This document shows positions 24,041 to 33,897 of a stretch of DNA of 54,466 bases, in pieces (the stretch's first letter is position 1; each line of letters begins with the position of its first letter). The translations under genes and the position numbers were made by a program. The DNA comes from an uncultured virus (IMG/VR IMGVR_UViG_3300009177_000001) (Duplodnaviria > Heunggongvirae > Uroviricota > Caudoviricetes). The notes under the pieces are model-generated. The model ran no database searches, was not told the origin of the DNA, and saw nothing but the letters and a program-made list of their open reading frames with translations. The stretch lies in IMG/VR virus record IMGVR_UViG_3300009177_000001. One strand, given 5' to 3'.

Positions 24041-25276
24041 TCATTCCGCCGCGACCGGAAGGTCGGTGACCTTGGTGCCGGCCAGCGCCATGCGGATCCC
24101 CGCCAGACGTCCCCAGCGCAGCTCCGTCACGCCAGGCCATTTGATCTTCGTCTTCTCGGTGAACGCGCAGGCGCACTCGTACCAGCCTGCAGCGCGTGCG
24201 AGATCACCCTGGTCCTCCGCGATATCACCGAGCAGACAGAAGGCCACCTGGCGAGGCCCGTCGAGTAGCGCGCGTACGGCCCACCGGTCGGCCTCGGGCA
24301 GGTTGTCCTCACGGTAGTACCGAAACGCCACGGCCAGCGCGAGCCACGCGCGCTCGTCGGCGAGCACGCTGTGGGGCTCGATGCGCGAACGGTAATCCTC
24401 CGCCATCTTGGCCGCGACACCAGGATCGTCGTGGTGCGCGCGGTGCTTCGCCAGGTGGAAGATCGCCGATAGGTCCCCCTTCGCGGCGTCGTCGATCAGC
24501 TCCTCAATGCCACGGTTTCGCTGGGTGTCTCGGCGCGCGTTCTCGTTGGCTTCGCGCAATGTCTTGTCCTCGACCGTCACGAGGTTCACCACCACGTCGG
24601 TGCCTCCATGGGGCAGCTGGTTGTGCGTGCCCGAGTGCCAACGCAGGTGTGTTCGTGCGAGGCGCTGGTGGTCGTCGTAGGTCATCCCACCGACCACCAG
24701 CATCGTCTCGGCAGCCTCGGCGGTCTCGGGAGCTGCTGCTAGCGCCATTCGCAGATCATCTTCCACGTCCACGTATTCGTCGGTATCGATCACGAAGGTC
24801 CACGGGGCCTTCACCCGTCCACGGCCGAGATTCCGCGCCTTGGCGAAGTGGATCTTGTCCGCCTTCCACTCAGCTGCCGTCAGCCCGAGATCGCCGGCGT
24901 CGAACACGAAGAAGGTGTCGGCGTACGCACGTGCTACCTCCTTGGTCCCCTCGTCGCTGCGCGCGTCCACGCCAAGCACGATCTCGTCGACGTGCGGGAG
25001 CACGGTGTGTAGCATCCGTTCGAGGCCCTCGGCGTCACTGCGTGCGATCGTGTCGAGCGCGACGATCGGCGCCTCTGCCGGACCTGGATCGAGATCGGCG
25101 TAGAGCCGGAGCGCCGTCGCGGAGAGCCTCAGCTTGCCCTTCGACGCGAGCGCGGCGCGAACCGCGGAGACCGGCGGCCCGCCCCGTCTCGGGGACATGA
25201 AGACGAGGCGGACCGGCTCGGAGAACGAAATGTCGGTGAGTCCGACGGTGTCTTCCAGCTCGACGATGTGTCTCAT
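24041..25276 (-). CDS. GT2-like glycosyltransferase with C-terminal TPR-like repeats
   Basis: VDEIVLGVD, FAKARN, IDTDE (DxD), HNQL motifs; AFCLLGDIA...WYECA helices. Confidence 0.8.
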   Translation of the reverse strand: MRHIVELEDTVGLTDISFSEPVRLVFMSPRRGGPPVSAVRAALASKGKLRLSATALRLYADLDPGPAEAPIVALDTIARSDAEGLERMLHTVLPHVDEIVLGVDARSDEGTKEVARAYADTFFVFDAGDLGLTAAEWKADKIHFAKARNLGRGRVKAPWTFVIDTDEYVDVEDDLRMALAAAPETAEAAETMLVVGGMTYDDHQRLARTHLRWHSGTHNQLPHGGTDVVVNLVTVEDKTLREANENARRDTQRNRGIEELIDDAAKGDLSAIFHLAKHRAHHDDPGVAAKMAEDYRSRIEPHSVLADERAWLALAVAFRYYREDNLPEADRWAVRALLDGPRQVAFCLLGDIAEDQGDLARAAGWYECACAFTEKTKIKWPGVTELRWGRLAGIRMALAGTKVTDLPVAAE

Positions 25277-25299
25277 CGAGCCGGAAGATTACCGCGGGA

Positions 25300-25848
25300 T
25301 TACACCTCGATCGAGTGCTGCCGCTGGACGTACAGCGTGCCGAAGAGCGACACGTTGCCCGAGGCGCCGCCGGCGCCGGCGTTCGCCCGGCGGAGACGCA
25401 CGGCGAAGTGCCGCTGGCTGCCCAGCGTACCGAACACGGCCGACATGCCCACCTTGCGCAGGTCGCTCGCTCCGGCCGCCGTGATGTAGCGGAGGCGCGT
25501 CACGTTGGCGTTGTTGGCCACGCCACCGGCGCCGGTGCACGCCGTGAGCGCGGTGCCGAAGGTCGGCTGCACGAAGTCGATGAACACGGGCTGCCCCAGC
25601 GACGTGACGGCGGTGCCGCCGAACACCCCGTGCTGCGGGACGAAATAGGCGATCACCTCGGACTGCGCCTTGGCACCGTTCGGGCTCGATCCGCTCAGCG
25701 CCTCCATCGCCTGCAGGAGCCCCCCGTAGCGGTCGCCGAAGCTCGTCGAGCTGCGGAACGGCGTGCACGGGATGTACATCGCCGAGCGGGTGCCGCCGGG
25801 GAACGCGATGTCGAAATACAGCTTCTTTCGGAGTCTTTCGAGCGCCAT
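25300..25848 (-). CDS. Putative structural protein
   Basis: GGAGG RBS before ATG 25848; first gene after leader copy 4. Confidence 0.6.
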   Translation of the reverse strand: MALERLRKKLYFDIAFPGGTRSAMYIPCTPFRSSTSFGDRYGGLLQAMEALSGSSPNGAKAQSEVIAYFVPQHGVFGGTAVTSLGQPVFIDFVQPTFGTALTACTGAGGVANNANVTRLRYITAAGASDLRKVGMSAVFGTLGSQRHFAVRLRRANAGAGGASGNVSLFGTLYVQRQHSIEV

Positions 25849-25924
25849 GATGCCACCTCCTCGGGAGCGGGCCCCCCGAGCTGCTTTCTCGACCGCAGCC
25901 ACGACCGCGGTAGAGGTGGCGACC

Positions 25925-26025
25925 AAAACAAAAAGGCGCCCGCCACACGGATGATTCCGCGTGAGGGGCGCCAGTTACTCTGATCGCCGGTTCGAGAGGA
26001 GCGGTGTCGCCCCTCCTATGTCAGC
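25925..26025 (-). promoter_or_regulatory. Attenuator leader copy 4
   Basis: GCTGACATAGG-hairpin-GGCGATCAGAGTAACTGGCGCCC...GGGCGCCTTTTTGTTTT; TTGACA-18-GATCCT promoter at 26030-26059. Confidence 0.75.
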
Positions 26026-26887
26026 GATGAGGATCGCCGAGGGGCCGGGGGCGTGTCAAGGCGCGCTGACGATTGGACAGAAGCCACGCAAGTTCGATGC
26101 GCTCTTCGCCCGAAACAGCTGGATGGTGATCTGTGTAGAACCGAACGGCACGCGCACACCGTGCAAGCGCAGGCGTGTCCGTCGCGCGGCCGATGCGCGC
26201 CTTGATCTCGTCGAGCGTGGCGTCTGCCTCGGGCTTCGTGAGCCCGCGCTGCGCGGCACACCGCCACGGGTCATGCGTGCTCACCGTAGCGAACAGCCCC
26301 TGCCAGTGATCGACGGCGCAGGCGTTCCCACCGTGAAATCGGTACTCGTACAGCTCCGGCGCGACGATTTGCTCGAACCGAGCGCGCCGCACGTTCCACA
26401 AGGCGCGCACGATCGCGGTGTCCTCGCCGTACGTCACGTCCTCGTACTGCGGAAGCACGTCACGGTGGACGAGCATCGTCGGTTCCCACCCGTGCTGCCG
26501 GCTCGTCACCGTGTAGCCGCAGACGCAGCGGAGCATGACCTTGCCGAGCAGCACAACGTCTCCGTACGCGAGCCCCACAGCCTGCTCTTCGAGCCGGCGC
26601 GCGTGATGCCCATCGTCATCGTCCCAGATCGCGATGGCGTCGCCACAGGACTTCTCGACGGACAGCTGCCGAAGCGCCCCGATGGTTGCACCTGGCGGCG
26701 CCTGCACTACGGAGATGCGCACGTCGTCGCGCGTGAACGGGTAGAACTCGATGGGGTTATCCGCCACGATCATCAGCTCGCGCTTCGGATGCGTCTGCGC
26801 CTGCCAGTCCGCGACAGCGCTAGCCGCCAGCGTCTCTCGGCCGGCGCGCGTCACCATCAGGCACGAGATGAAAGGAGCTACCGCCAC
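26021..26887 (-). CDS. GT2-family glycosyltransferase
   Basis: ISCLMVT, QTHPKRELMIVAD, IWDDDD, GED motifs. Confidence 0.8.
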   Translation of the reverse strand: MAVAPFISCLMVTRAGRETLAASAVADWQAQTHPKRELMIVADNPIEFYPFTRDDVRISVVQAPPGATIGALRQLSVEKSCGDAIAIWDDDDGHHARRLEEQAVGLAYGDVVLLGKVMLRCVCGYTVTSRQHGWEPTMLVHRDVLPQYEDVTYGEDTAIVRALWNVRRARFEQIVAPELYEYRFHGGNACAVDHWQGLFATVSTHDPWRCAAQRGLTKPEADATLDEIKARIGRATDTPALARCARAVRFYTDHHPAVSGEERIELAWLLSNRQRALTRPRPLGDPHR

Positions 26888-27954
26888 GGCTCGGGCTCGT
26901 CGAGCAGCGTGAGCGCGTCGAAGTCTTCTCCGGGAAAGATCACGGCCTCGCGCTTGCCAGTGTTCCCGACCAGCGACGCCTCGCCGCCCACGTGTTGAAC
27001 GAGCGGCGGCACGTGCAGGGCGCACAGCTCGGTCGGCATCACGACGCCGAAGACGCGGTCGCCGCCATGAGGTTCCGGCCAGTTCTTCAGCGCATCGGAC
27101 GCGAGCAGCCGGCGCACGGTGCGCGCTGGGATCGTGAGCCCCTGGTTCGAGCAGAACGCGGACGACGGCAAGCACTGCCACGCGGAGCCGAGCCGCTGCT
27201 CCTTGATGAGCGGCGCCGCGTCGTACTGGTGGAACCACGTGACGAACGCGATGTCCGGATCGATCTCCACGGTCGCGATGTAGTCGAGCGCGTTCTTCGT
27301 CAGGACGACGTCGTCCTCGAAGAGCGTTAGCTTGGTGAGATCGGGGTCGGAGGCGGCCCATTCGAGCGCGCGAAGAAACATGCGTGCTTGTCCGATGTAG
27401 TCGTCGTCGACGAGGCAGTGCCTGGCACCAGGCCAGCGCTCGTGGCCTGCTAGCACAAGCGATGCCCACGTCCGCGGCATGAGATCACGCCGATCGGGCG
27501 TCGTCATAACGGCGATGTGGTGATACGGATCGAACCGATTTGCCTGCACGTGCCGAACGGGGCGAATCGGGTGCGTCTGACAGAGCGCGATGAGACGGCC
27601 GAGGCGATCAGCCGTCAACGGCAGCCGCGGCGCCGGGCACCACTGGCATGCACGCGCCTGCTCGTACCACCTCAGTGCCTGTTCATGTTCGTCGAGCGCG
27701 ACGGCGATCTCGCCAAGAAGGCAAAAGACATCGGTGCGTGGGCCTTCGTGTAACCCGCGAAAGGCCCACATCTGCGCAGCTACTGGCTGCTGATCGATGA
27801 ACAGGCGATCCGCTAGCGCGATGGCAAGCCACGCACGCACAGGCGACGTCGGCAGCGTCGAGCGGAGATCGAGCACCCGTCTCACGTGCTCCGGCAATGG
27901 CAGCGCCGACAGCTCTGTCAGTGTCGGCGCTTCATACGGCTTCATCTCGTCCAT
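26878..27954 (-). CDS. TPR-like + GT-A-like glycosyltransferase
   Basis: FCLLGEIA..ALRWYEQA TPR-like unit; LFEDDV and PPLVQHVG motifs. Confidence 0.7.
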   Translation of the reverse strand: MDEMKPYEAPTLTELSALPLPEHVRRVLDLRSTLPTSPVRAWLAIALADRLFIDQQPVAAQMWAFRGLHEGPRTDVFCLLGEIAVALDEHEQALRWYEQARACQWCPAPRLPLTADRLGRLIALCQTHPIRPVRHVQANRFDPYHHIAVMTTPDRRDLMPRTWASLVLAGHERWPGARHCLVDDDYIGQARMFLRALEWAASDPDLTKLTLFEDDVVLTKNALDYIATVEIDPDIAFVTWFHQYDAAPLIKEQRLGSAWQCLPSSAFCSNQGLTIPARTVRRLLASDALKNWPEPHGGDRVFGVVMPTELCALHVPPLVQHVGGEASLVGNTGKREAVIFPGEDFDALTLLDEPEPWR

Positions 27955-28598
27955 AGCTGATCTCCCGCGATTTGTGACTCCACGCCCACAGTGTCGAGGC
28001 GCAGCGTGAATCCAGCTCCGCGCATGAACGCCGAAACATCTTCGCGCAGTGGCTGGCCCTCGTACAGCTCCACGGTGGAGACCTCGATCCACACACCGCG
28101 TACGGTATCGAGGTAGCACCCCATCCCGCAGAGCGCATCCAGCTCGCTGCCCTGCACGTCGATATGCACGAAATCTACATCGGTTGGCCGCGGGGCTATC
28201 GTGGATGCAACTTCGTCGAAACGCACCACGTGGACCTGCGTCTCTGCGAACGTGCACCACGGGTGGACGGTCAAGTGTTCCTTCGGAGGCAGCAGCGATC
28301 CGGAGTAAGGCCACGGGAGCGTGCTGCTGCGTCCGGGCGGCTGGCCACCGGAAGCGTAGAACGTCTTCTTGCCGTTGACGTACCCCAGCGCTACGGGGAA
28401 CACGCGTAGGCGTGCTTCGTCTCCTATCCACAGCACCAGCAGCTTCTGTACGTTCGCCGGCAGTGGCTCGAACGCCAACACCATCGCGTTCGGGTACCGC
28501 GTGAGGTACCGCTTCGTGTCCTCGCCGTCTGCCGCACCGATCTCAGCAATCACCCGAATATTCGGTATGAAGCGGTCGATCATCGCGAAAGGGATCAT
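27942..28598 (-). CDS. FkbM-family methyltransferase
   Basis: EIGAADG, AFEP, HIDVQGSE motifs. Confidence 0.85.
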   Translation of the reverse strand: MIPFAMIDRFIPNIRVIAEIGAADGEDTKRYLTRYPNAMVLAFEPLPANVQKLLVLWIGDEARLRVFPVALGYVNGKKTFYASGGQPPGRSSTLPWPYSGSLLPPKEHLTVHPWCTFAETQVHVVRFDEVASTIAPRPTDVDFVHIDVQGSELDALCGMGCYLDTVRGVWIEVSTVELYEGQPLREDVSAFMRGAGFTLRLDTVGVESQIAGDQLWTR

Positions 28599-29503
28599 CG
28601 GATCAACCGCGCGTAGAAGTTAGACGCCTCCTCGCACGCGTGCACGTGCGTCGAGCGTGCACCCGGCGGATTGAACCGCGTGGTCCATCCTGTATCGGCG
28701 TAGAGTGCAGCGTTGTCCACGCGCTTGCCTGCCAGGTACGCGGCGGCCATCGCGTCCAAGTTGGTCTCTGGGATCTCGCACCACGGGGCACCGTACTTTC
28801 CTTTGGTCGTCGACTCCTTGTTGAGCTGCCACGTGATGCACGTGGGGGCGATGGGCCCGAGGTGCGGACCGAGACCCGCGCGATGCACCGAGACCCAGCT
28901 GGCGCAATATGACTCCATCGCGTTCGGCGTAAAGGAGATGTCTCTCCAGCCCGGCATGCCGTGCATGCCCACGTCGAGCGTTGTCACGAGTCTCTCACGC
29001 CGATACAAGGCGCCATCCGTGTGGAACAGGTAGCGGTAGTCGCGATCGTCCGTGATCGACGGACACGACCACCACATTTCGTGAAGCGTATGGTCGAACT
29101 GAAAATCTATGTGCGCCGGCTCCCGGTGCCCAAGTCGCCAGCTCCACACAGAACCCTTACGCATATCGAGTACCTTGGCCGCTACCGCGTAGTCGCTCGG
29201 CCGGTAGAAGATCATATCGTCGACGGCGAACCCGACGTGCGTGATGCTGTCGAACCGTTCAATCGCCGCCGCGAGCGCTGCGCCAAGTGGAACGCCCGGT
29301 CGCGTGGCGGAATCCTCACGCACGATCGTAACGAGCTGCGAGCTGCACGCTTCGAGCTGATCGTACGCGCGCTGGTGCAGCTCAGACGAAGCCCTCGCGA
29401 TGACCACCACGTGTTCGACGCCGGTCACGTGATCGGCAATCGAATGCAGCAGGCTGTCGAGCTGCAGCGCCCGGTCCATCGAGAAGACGACGAGAGTTAC
29501 CAT
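28595..29503 (-). CDS. GT-A-like glycosyltransferase
   Basis: VFSMDRALQL and FAVDD motifs. Confidence 0.65.
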   Translation of the reverse strand: MVTLVVFSMDRALQLDSLLHSIADHVTGVEHVVVIARASSELHQRAYDQLEACSSQLVTIVREDSATRPGVPLGAALAAAIERFDSITHVGFAVDDMIFYRPSDYAVAAKVLDMRKGSVWSWRLGHREPAHIDFQFDHTLHEMWWSCPSITDDRDYRYLFHTDGALYRRERLVTTLDVGMHGMPGWRDISFTPNAMESYCASWVSVHRAGLGPHLGPIAPTCITWQLNKESTTKGKYGAPWCEIPETNLDAMAAAYLAGKRVDNAALYADTGWTTRFNPPGARSTHVHACEEASNFYARLIR

Positions 29504-29904
29504 GACTCGTAGTCCGACACGTCCACCGTCGCGCCGCACGAGCACGCCACCGTCTTCTTGTCCGCGATACCCGTGGGGTGAAACGCGTACGTGTAGCCGC
29601 CTCTGTTGTGCTTGTCGTGTTCACGCCGGAAGGCTTCTACGGCGCGGTACTCGGTGATCCCGTACGCGAACGTTCCGATGTCGGGTGCATCCGGCGGTCC
29701 TTCCAGATCCAGCCGTTGCGCCGCTTGCCAATGCGCCTTGCGAATGTCGGCGAGGCTAACGGGGAGCAGCACGGATCCGCACGCCACCGCCAGCAGCTCG
29801 GGCACCATGCCGTTCGTGAGAATGACGAAGCGCAAGCGCAAGAACGCCACGACGATAGCGGTCAGCGCCGCTAGGAGCCACGCATATGCACGCCACAGCC
29901 TCAT
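29497..29904 (-). CDS. Membrane protein with C-terminal CxC motif
   Basis: Two TMs; YTYAFHPTGI...CSCG. Confidence 0.55.
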   Translation of the reverse strand: MRLWRAYAWLLAALTAIVVAFLRLRFVILTNGMVPELLAVACGSVLLPVSLADIRKAHWQAAQRLDLEGPPDAPDIGTFAYGITEYRAVEAFRREHDKHNRGGYTYAFHPTGIADKKTVACSCGATVDVSDYESW

Positions 29905-30113
29905 TTGAAGGCCACGCCGCATTCGAGTGGCTTACCCGTCGTCTTACTGCACTCGATGCGGGCCTGGTCACGTGCGCGCTCCACTTCCAGGCGCACACGG
30001 TCAGTCACGCTTCCGTCGCGGTAGCACTTCACGCCACCGAAGGTGAACACGCAGCACGCCAGCACCACGGCCACTGATATGATCGAAACTTGTTTGGTCT
30101 CCGCGTCCATCAC
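29901..30113 (-). CDS. Small membrane protein
   Basis: Single TM; coupled. Confidence 0.55.
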   Translation of the reverse strand: MMDAETKQVSIISVAVVLACCVFTFGGVKCYRDGSVTDRVRLEVERARDQARIECSKTTGKPLECGVAFK

Positions 30114-32263
30114 AGCTCCTCCAGCCTCTCATACGGCTTCTTCGCGTAGATCAAGTCCCGCACGCGCACCTGCAGGTCTGGGTCTGTCTTGTGATCCTGC
30201 GCCGGCGTCTCCATGTTGTAGACGTAGAGCTGCTGCGGGATGTAGACCGCGCGCTCGCACGCCATCTCCAGGATCGGCAGCATCAGCGCCACGTCTCCTG
30301 CTGTCGTGAACCACTTCCCCTCGTGCTGAAAGTCCTCTGGGTTGATCCGATAGAACAGCTCCACACGAAACGTCTTCGGGTGCGAGCACCGCCACGGGAA
30401 CTTGCGAAAGGCGCCGGCGCGTGCCACCTCGATCGGGTAGGGCGCCATCCAGCTCGGCTTCCCCGTAGGGAACACCTCGAAGTTGCCGTAGGTGCACCAG
30501 GCGCCGTTAGCGTACGCCACGTCGAGTGTCTGCAGCGCGTTGACGCCGTTGATTGAATCTGCTAGCCAATCGTCACCGTCCACGATCACGACGACGTCGC
30601 CGGGCTTGCCGTGCACGCGAATGGCGTCGGAGATGTTCCACAGCGAGTGCCGACGCTGCCCACGCCGCTCGACCCTGAAGCACCGACTGCGCACCGGGCC
30701 GAGCGTGCGGAAGAACGCGTCGATCTCGTCCGGCGTCTTGTCCGTCGATGCGTCGTCGATCACCACGCACAGCAACGGGCTCGTAGAGGGCCACGTGTGC
30801 CCGCGGTATTGCGCTTCGATCGACGTCAGGCAGGTGTTGATCCACTTCTCGGCGTTCCGGCACGGCACCACGATGAGGAAACGCGTGGAGGGCTTGCCGG
30901 GTAACAGCTTCGGATGCGCCTCGGCGCGAAGTGCATCGAAGCGGGCTAGCGTCGCATTCGTGATCAGCGGCGTGCTTGTGTAGCGTGACGGCACGGGGTT
31001 GAGCGCAAGTGCCGCCTCGTACCAGTGCACGCCTTCCTCAACGTGTCCCCGCTCCACCTCGGTCTCGCCCAGCAGCAGCATCGCTGGTGTCCGCGCGCCA
31101 TCCTGCAGGCTCCGCAGTGCCCACACCGCGGCCTCGTCGAGCTTGCCGGCGCGGTAGTACCCCTGCGCGAGCCCGAGCGCGAGCGCCGCACGGTCATCGC
31201 CGTACGCGGGACCCGACGGCAGGCGCTGACGAATCTCGGTGATCAGTGGCTCAGCGATGTCGAACCGGTTGGCCGCGAGCGCTTGCTGCGCGCCCACCAT
31301 CTCGTAGGAGATGTCCGGGGGCTGCGGCGTGCGGGCGGGCAGCTGCAGCACGAGATCGATGAACTGCTGCGAGAGCTTCGCGGCGTCGAGATGCTGTTCG
31401 ACGTAGGCGCGGTATTCGTGGGAGTCGAAGGAACTGCCGTAACGGGGCGGCAGGACCATGTGTTCGTCCAGCTCATCGCAACCACGCCACAGCCACTTCC
31501 CGGGCCAGTTGGTCGCCGTTCCCGGCGCGTAGTGGATCAGCGGCTTGCAGCCCATCGCCATCCCCTCCGCGATGGAGTAGCCGAGTGTTTCCCAGATCGA
31601 CGTCGACAGCACGTAGCTCGCGTCGACTTCATCGAGCCACGTGGCTGGATCGACGTCGCCGTGGATCGTGACGTTGGCAGGCTTCACGTGCTGCAGGTAG
31701 CGCACGAGCCGCGGATTCTGCTCGCCTAGCGCGGTGGTGATGTGCAAGCTGACATCTTGTCGCGTGCGCGCCCACTCCAGCGCGAGCTGGTAGCCCTTGT
31801 CTGCCGTCGCGCGCGCCACCAGCGCCACGATGTTGTTCGGCTCGCGCTTCTTGAACGTGAACCGTTCGAGATCCACGCCGCTCGGGATCACGTGTGAGCG
31901 AAACCCCCGTAGCGCGGGTAGCCGCTCCTGCTCCACTAGCTCTTGCAGAAACTGGCTCTCGTACACGAGCGCGTCGACGTTCTCCCACGCGAGCTTGTCG
32001 AGCGGTCCCCACACGTCGTAACCGCGCATGCGGATCACGAGGCGCTTGCACGCTCCCGAGCGTGCGGCGGCGAACGCCAGCTCGTTGCACCATTCGGTGA
32101 TCACTACGTCGGCTTCGGCACACGCGTGCGCGTCGAAGTCTCCGTGGATGGTCGCGGTATGCCCCTGCTCGACGAGGCGCTTGATGAGCGGCCGGGAGAA
32201 GTGCGCGGGCTCGCCTGGTCCGTGATCGGCGACGGCCGTGGAATCGAGGAAGATGAAATGCAT
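30110..32263 (-). CDS. GT4-TPR-GT2 fusion glycosyltransferase
   Basis: ETLGYSIAEGMAMG (GT4); central TPR-like helices; VVPCRNA, IDDASTD, VDGDD (GT2). Confidence 0.85.
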   Translation of the reverse strand: MHFIFLDSTAVADHGPGEPAHFSRPLIKRLVEQGHTATIHGDFDAHACAEADVVITEWCNELAFAAARSGACKRLVIRMRGYDVWGPLDKLAWENVDALVYESQFLQELVEQERLPALRGFRSHVIPSGVDLERFTFKKREPNNIVALVARATADKGYQLALEWARTRQDVSLHITTALGEQNPRLVRYLQHVKPANVTIHGDVDPATWLDEVDASYVLSTSIWETLGYSIAEGMAMGCKPLIHYAPGTATNWPGKWLWRGCDELDEHMVLPPRYGSSFDSHEYRAYVEQHLDAAKLSQQFIDLVLQLPARTPQPPDISYEMVGAQQALAANRFDIAEPLITEIRQRLPSGPAYGDDRAALALGLAQGYYRAGKLDEAAVWALRSLQDGARTPAMLLLGETEVERGHVEEGVHWYEAALALNPVPSRYTSTPLITNATLARFDALRAEAHPKLLPGKPSTRFLIVVPCRNAEKWINTCLTSIEAQYRGHTWPSTSPLLCVVIDDASTDKTPDEIDAFFRTLGPVRSRCFRVERRGQRRHSLWNISDAIRVHGKPGDVVVIVDGDDWLADSINGVNALQTLDVAYANGAWCTYGNFEVFPTGKPSWMAPYPIEVARAGAFRKFPWRCSHPKTFRVELFYRINPEDFQHEGKWFTTAGDVALMLPILEMACERAVYIPQQLYVYNMETPAQDHKTDPDLQVRVRDLIYAKKPYERLEEL

Positions 32264-32266
32264 GGG

Positions 32267-32551
32267 CTACTTTCTTGGCTTGCGCCGCTGCGGTCCGGGG
32301 AACGGCCGATCGAAGCGCGGCTCGTCGATGAGACGGACGAGCTTTTTGACCGCGTACGCGCGCGAGTCGTGCGTGCTGATGAACGCGCCGGTCAAGCCGT
32401 AGATCCGCCATCTGCCGATCGGACTCCAGCGCACGGAGGCGTGACCGTTCGGTGCGTGCACACGCTCATACGTTCCCCACCAGCCCTCGGGGAGACCGAG
32501 CCGGCGCTCAGCCTTGCGCACGGCCTTGGACACGAACTCGTCGCGGGTCAT
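32267..32551 (-). CDS. Hypothetical protein
   Basis: TGATG-coupled start. Confidence 0.5.
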   Translation of the reverse strand: MTRDEFVSKAVRKAERRLGLPEGWWGTYERVHAPNGHASVRWSPIGRWRIYGLTGAFISTHDSRAYAVKKLVRLIDEPRFDRPFPGPQRRKPRK

Positions 32552-32910
32552 CAGACGGGTGCTCCGCCACACTTCGCGCACAGCAGCGGTGGATCGGCGT
32601 CGCGCTCCAGCATGAGCGCGTGGCACCTGTGGCATTTCGCCGAATGGATACCAAGCGTCTTGAGCCCTTCGAGCAGTTTTGCGTCCGCCACGACGCTGGC
32701 GCCGCCTGCCAGGTTGCGCAGCTCTGCCATGGCTTGATCGATCCGTGCCGTGTTCTCCGTGCGCTCGACGCGTTCTTTTTCCAGCGCTTCTTGATCAGCC
32801 GCGAAGTCCGCGTTTCGCTCCCGGCGACTGATTTCCAGCGATCGCCAGACGAGGTACAGTCCGCTGAAAGTGATCACAGCGTGGATGAGAATCGCGAGCT
32901 GCGTGAGCAT
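32551..32910 (-). CDS. N-anchored protein with C-terminal zinc ribbon
   Basis: TM, coiled coil, CHRC...CAKC. Confidence 0.6.
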   Translation of the reverse strand: MLTQLAILIHAVITFSGLYLVWRSLEISRRERNADFAADQEALEKERVERTENTARIDQAMAELRNLAGGASVVADAKLLEGLKTLGIHSAKCHRCHALMLERDADPPLLCAKCGGAPV

Positions 32911-32961
32911 AGAATCGGATGATGCTGGACAGCTGGCAGAGTGTCAAGGCATGCTCCGCGC

Positions 32962-33897
32962 ATGACCACCTTCGCCCTCGTAGGAGCCGCCGGCTTCGTC
33001 GCCCCCCGCCACCTGCAGGCCATCCGCGACGTCGGCGGAGAGCTTGTCGCCGCGCTCGACCCGCACGATTCCGTCGGTGTGCTCGACCGCTACGGCTTCC
33101 GGAACGCGGACTTCTTCACGGCGCCCGAGCGCTTCGAGCGCCACCTAGCGAAGATGGCCCACACCAAGCCTCTCGACTGGCTCGTCGTGTGCTCGCCGAA
33201 CTACCTTCATGACACGCACATCCGAATGGGGTTGAACGTCGGTGCACAGGTGCTCTGCGAGAAGCCGCTGGTGCTGACGCCGGCGAACCTGGACGAGCTG
33301 TATGGCGCCGAAGCGCGGCTGGCCGAGGCGGGGCTTTTCAACCAGTACAAACCAGCGCCGTTCGACGCGCACAAGCCGCGGGTGTTCACCGTGCTGCAGC
33401 TGCGCCACATGCCGCAGCTGCAGGAGTTGCACGAAGACCGGAAGGCGCGTGCACATCTCCCCTACATCGATGACGTCGAGCTTGTCTACGTCACTCCTCG
33501 CGGGCGCTGGTATGACCATACGTGGAAGGGCGATCCGGCGAAGTCCGGTGGGCTCATCGTGAACATCGGAATCCACATGCTCGACCTGCTCGTGTGGATC
33601 TGGGGACCGCCACCCAAGACGTTGATGTTCGACGAGATCACCTGGGACGACTACGACGAGGAGAAGCGCGAGCACACGGGACAGATCCGACTCGAACACG
33701 CGCGGGTGAAGTTCCGCCTATCCATAAGTGGTGAGACTGCCGCGCGCCGCCTTGTTGCTAACGGGCGCGAGATCGACTTCACCACGGGCTTCGAGAACCT
33801 GCACACCACGGTCTACCGCGAGACGCTCGCCGGACGGGGCCACACCATCGCGGATGCGCGGCCGGCGATCGAGCTGGCGTGGCGGCTACGGAGGTGA
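32962..33897 (+). CDS. wbpB: Gfo/Idh/MocA oxidoreductase, WbpB/WlbA-like UDP-GlcNAcA 3-dehydrogenase
   Basis: FALVGAAGFVAPRHLQAI, DPHDSVG, CSPNYLH, CEKPLV, WKGD..KSGG...NIGIH..D. Confidence 0.85.
   Translation: MTTFALVGAAGFVAPRHLQAIRDVGGELVAALDPHDSVGVLDRYGFRNADFFTAPERFERHLAKMAHTKPLDWLVVCSPNYLHDTHIRMGLNVGAQVLCEKPLVLTPANLDELYGAEARLAEAGLFNQYKPAPFDAHKPRVFTVLQLRHMPQLQELHEDRKARAHLPYIDDVELVYVTPRGRWYDHTWKGDPAKSGGLIVNIGIHMLDLLVWIWGPPPKTLMFDEITWDDYDEEKREHTGQIRLEHARVKFRLSISGETAARRLVANGREIDFTTGFENLHTTVYRETLAGRGHTIADARPAIELAWRLRR

Noticed and set aside
9711..26025. Repeated leaders as CRISPR array, tRNA or a known riboswitch
   Set aside because: Dispersed, no spacer periodicity or cloverleaf, no consensus I recognise; an Rfam search is still needed
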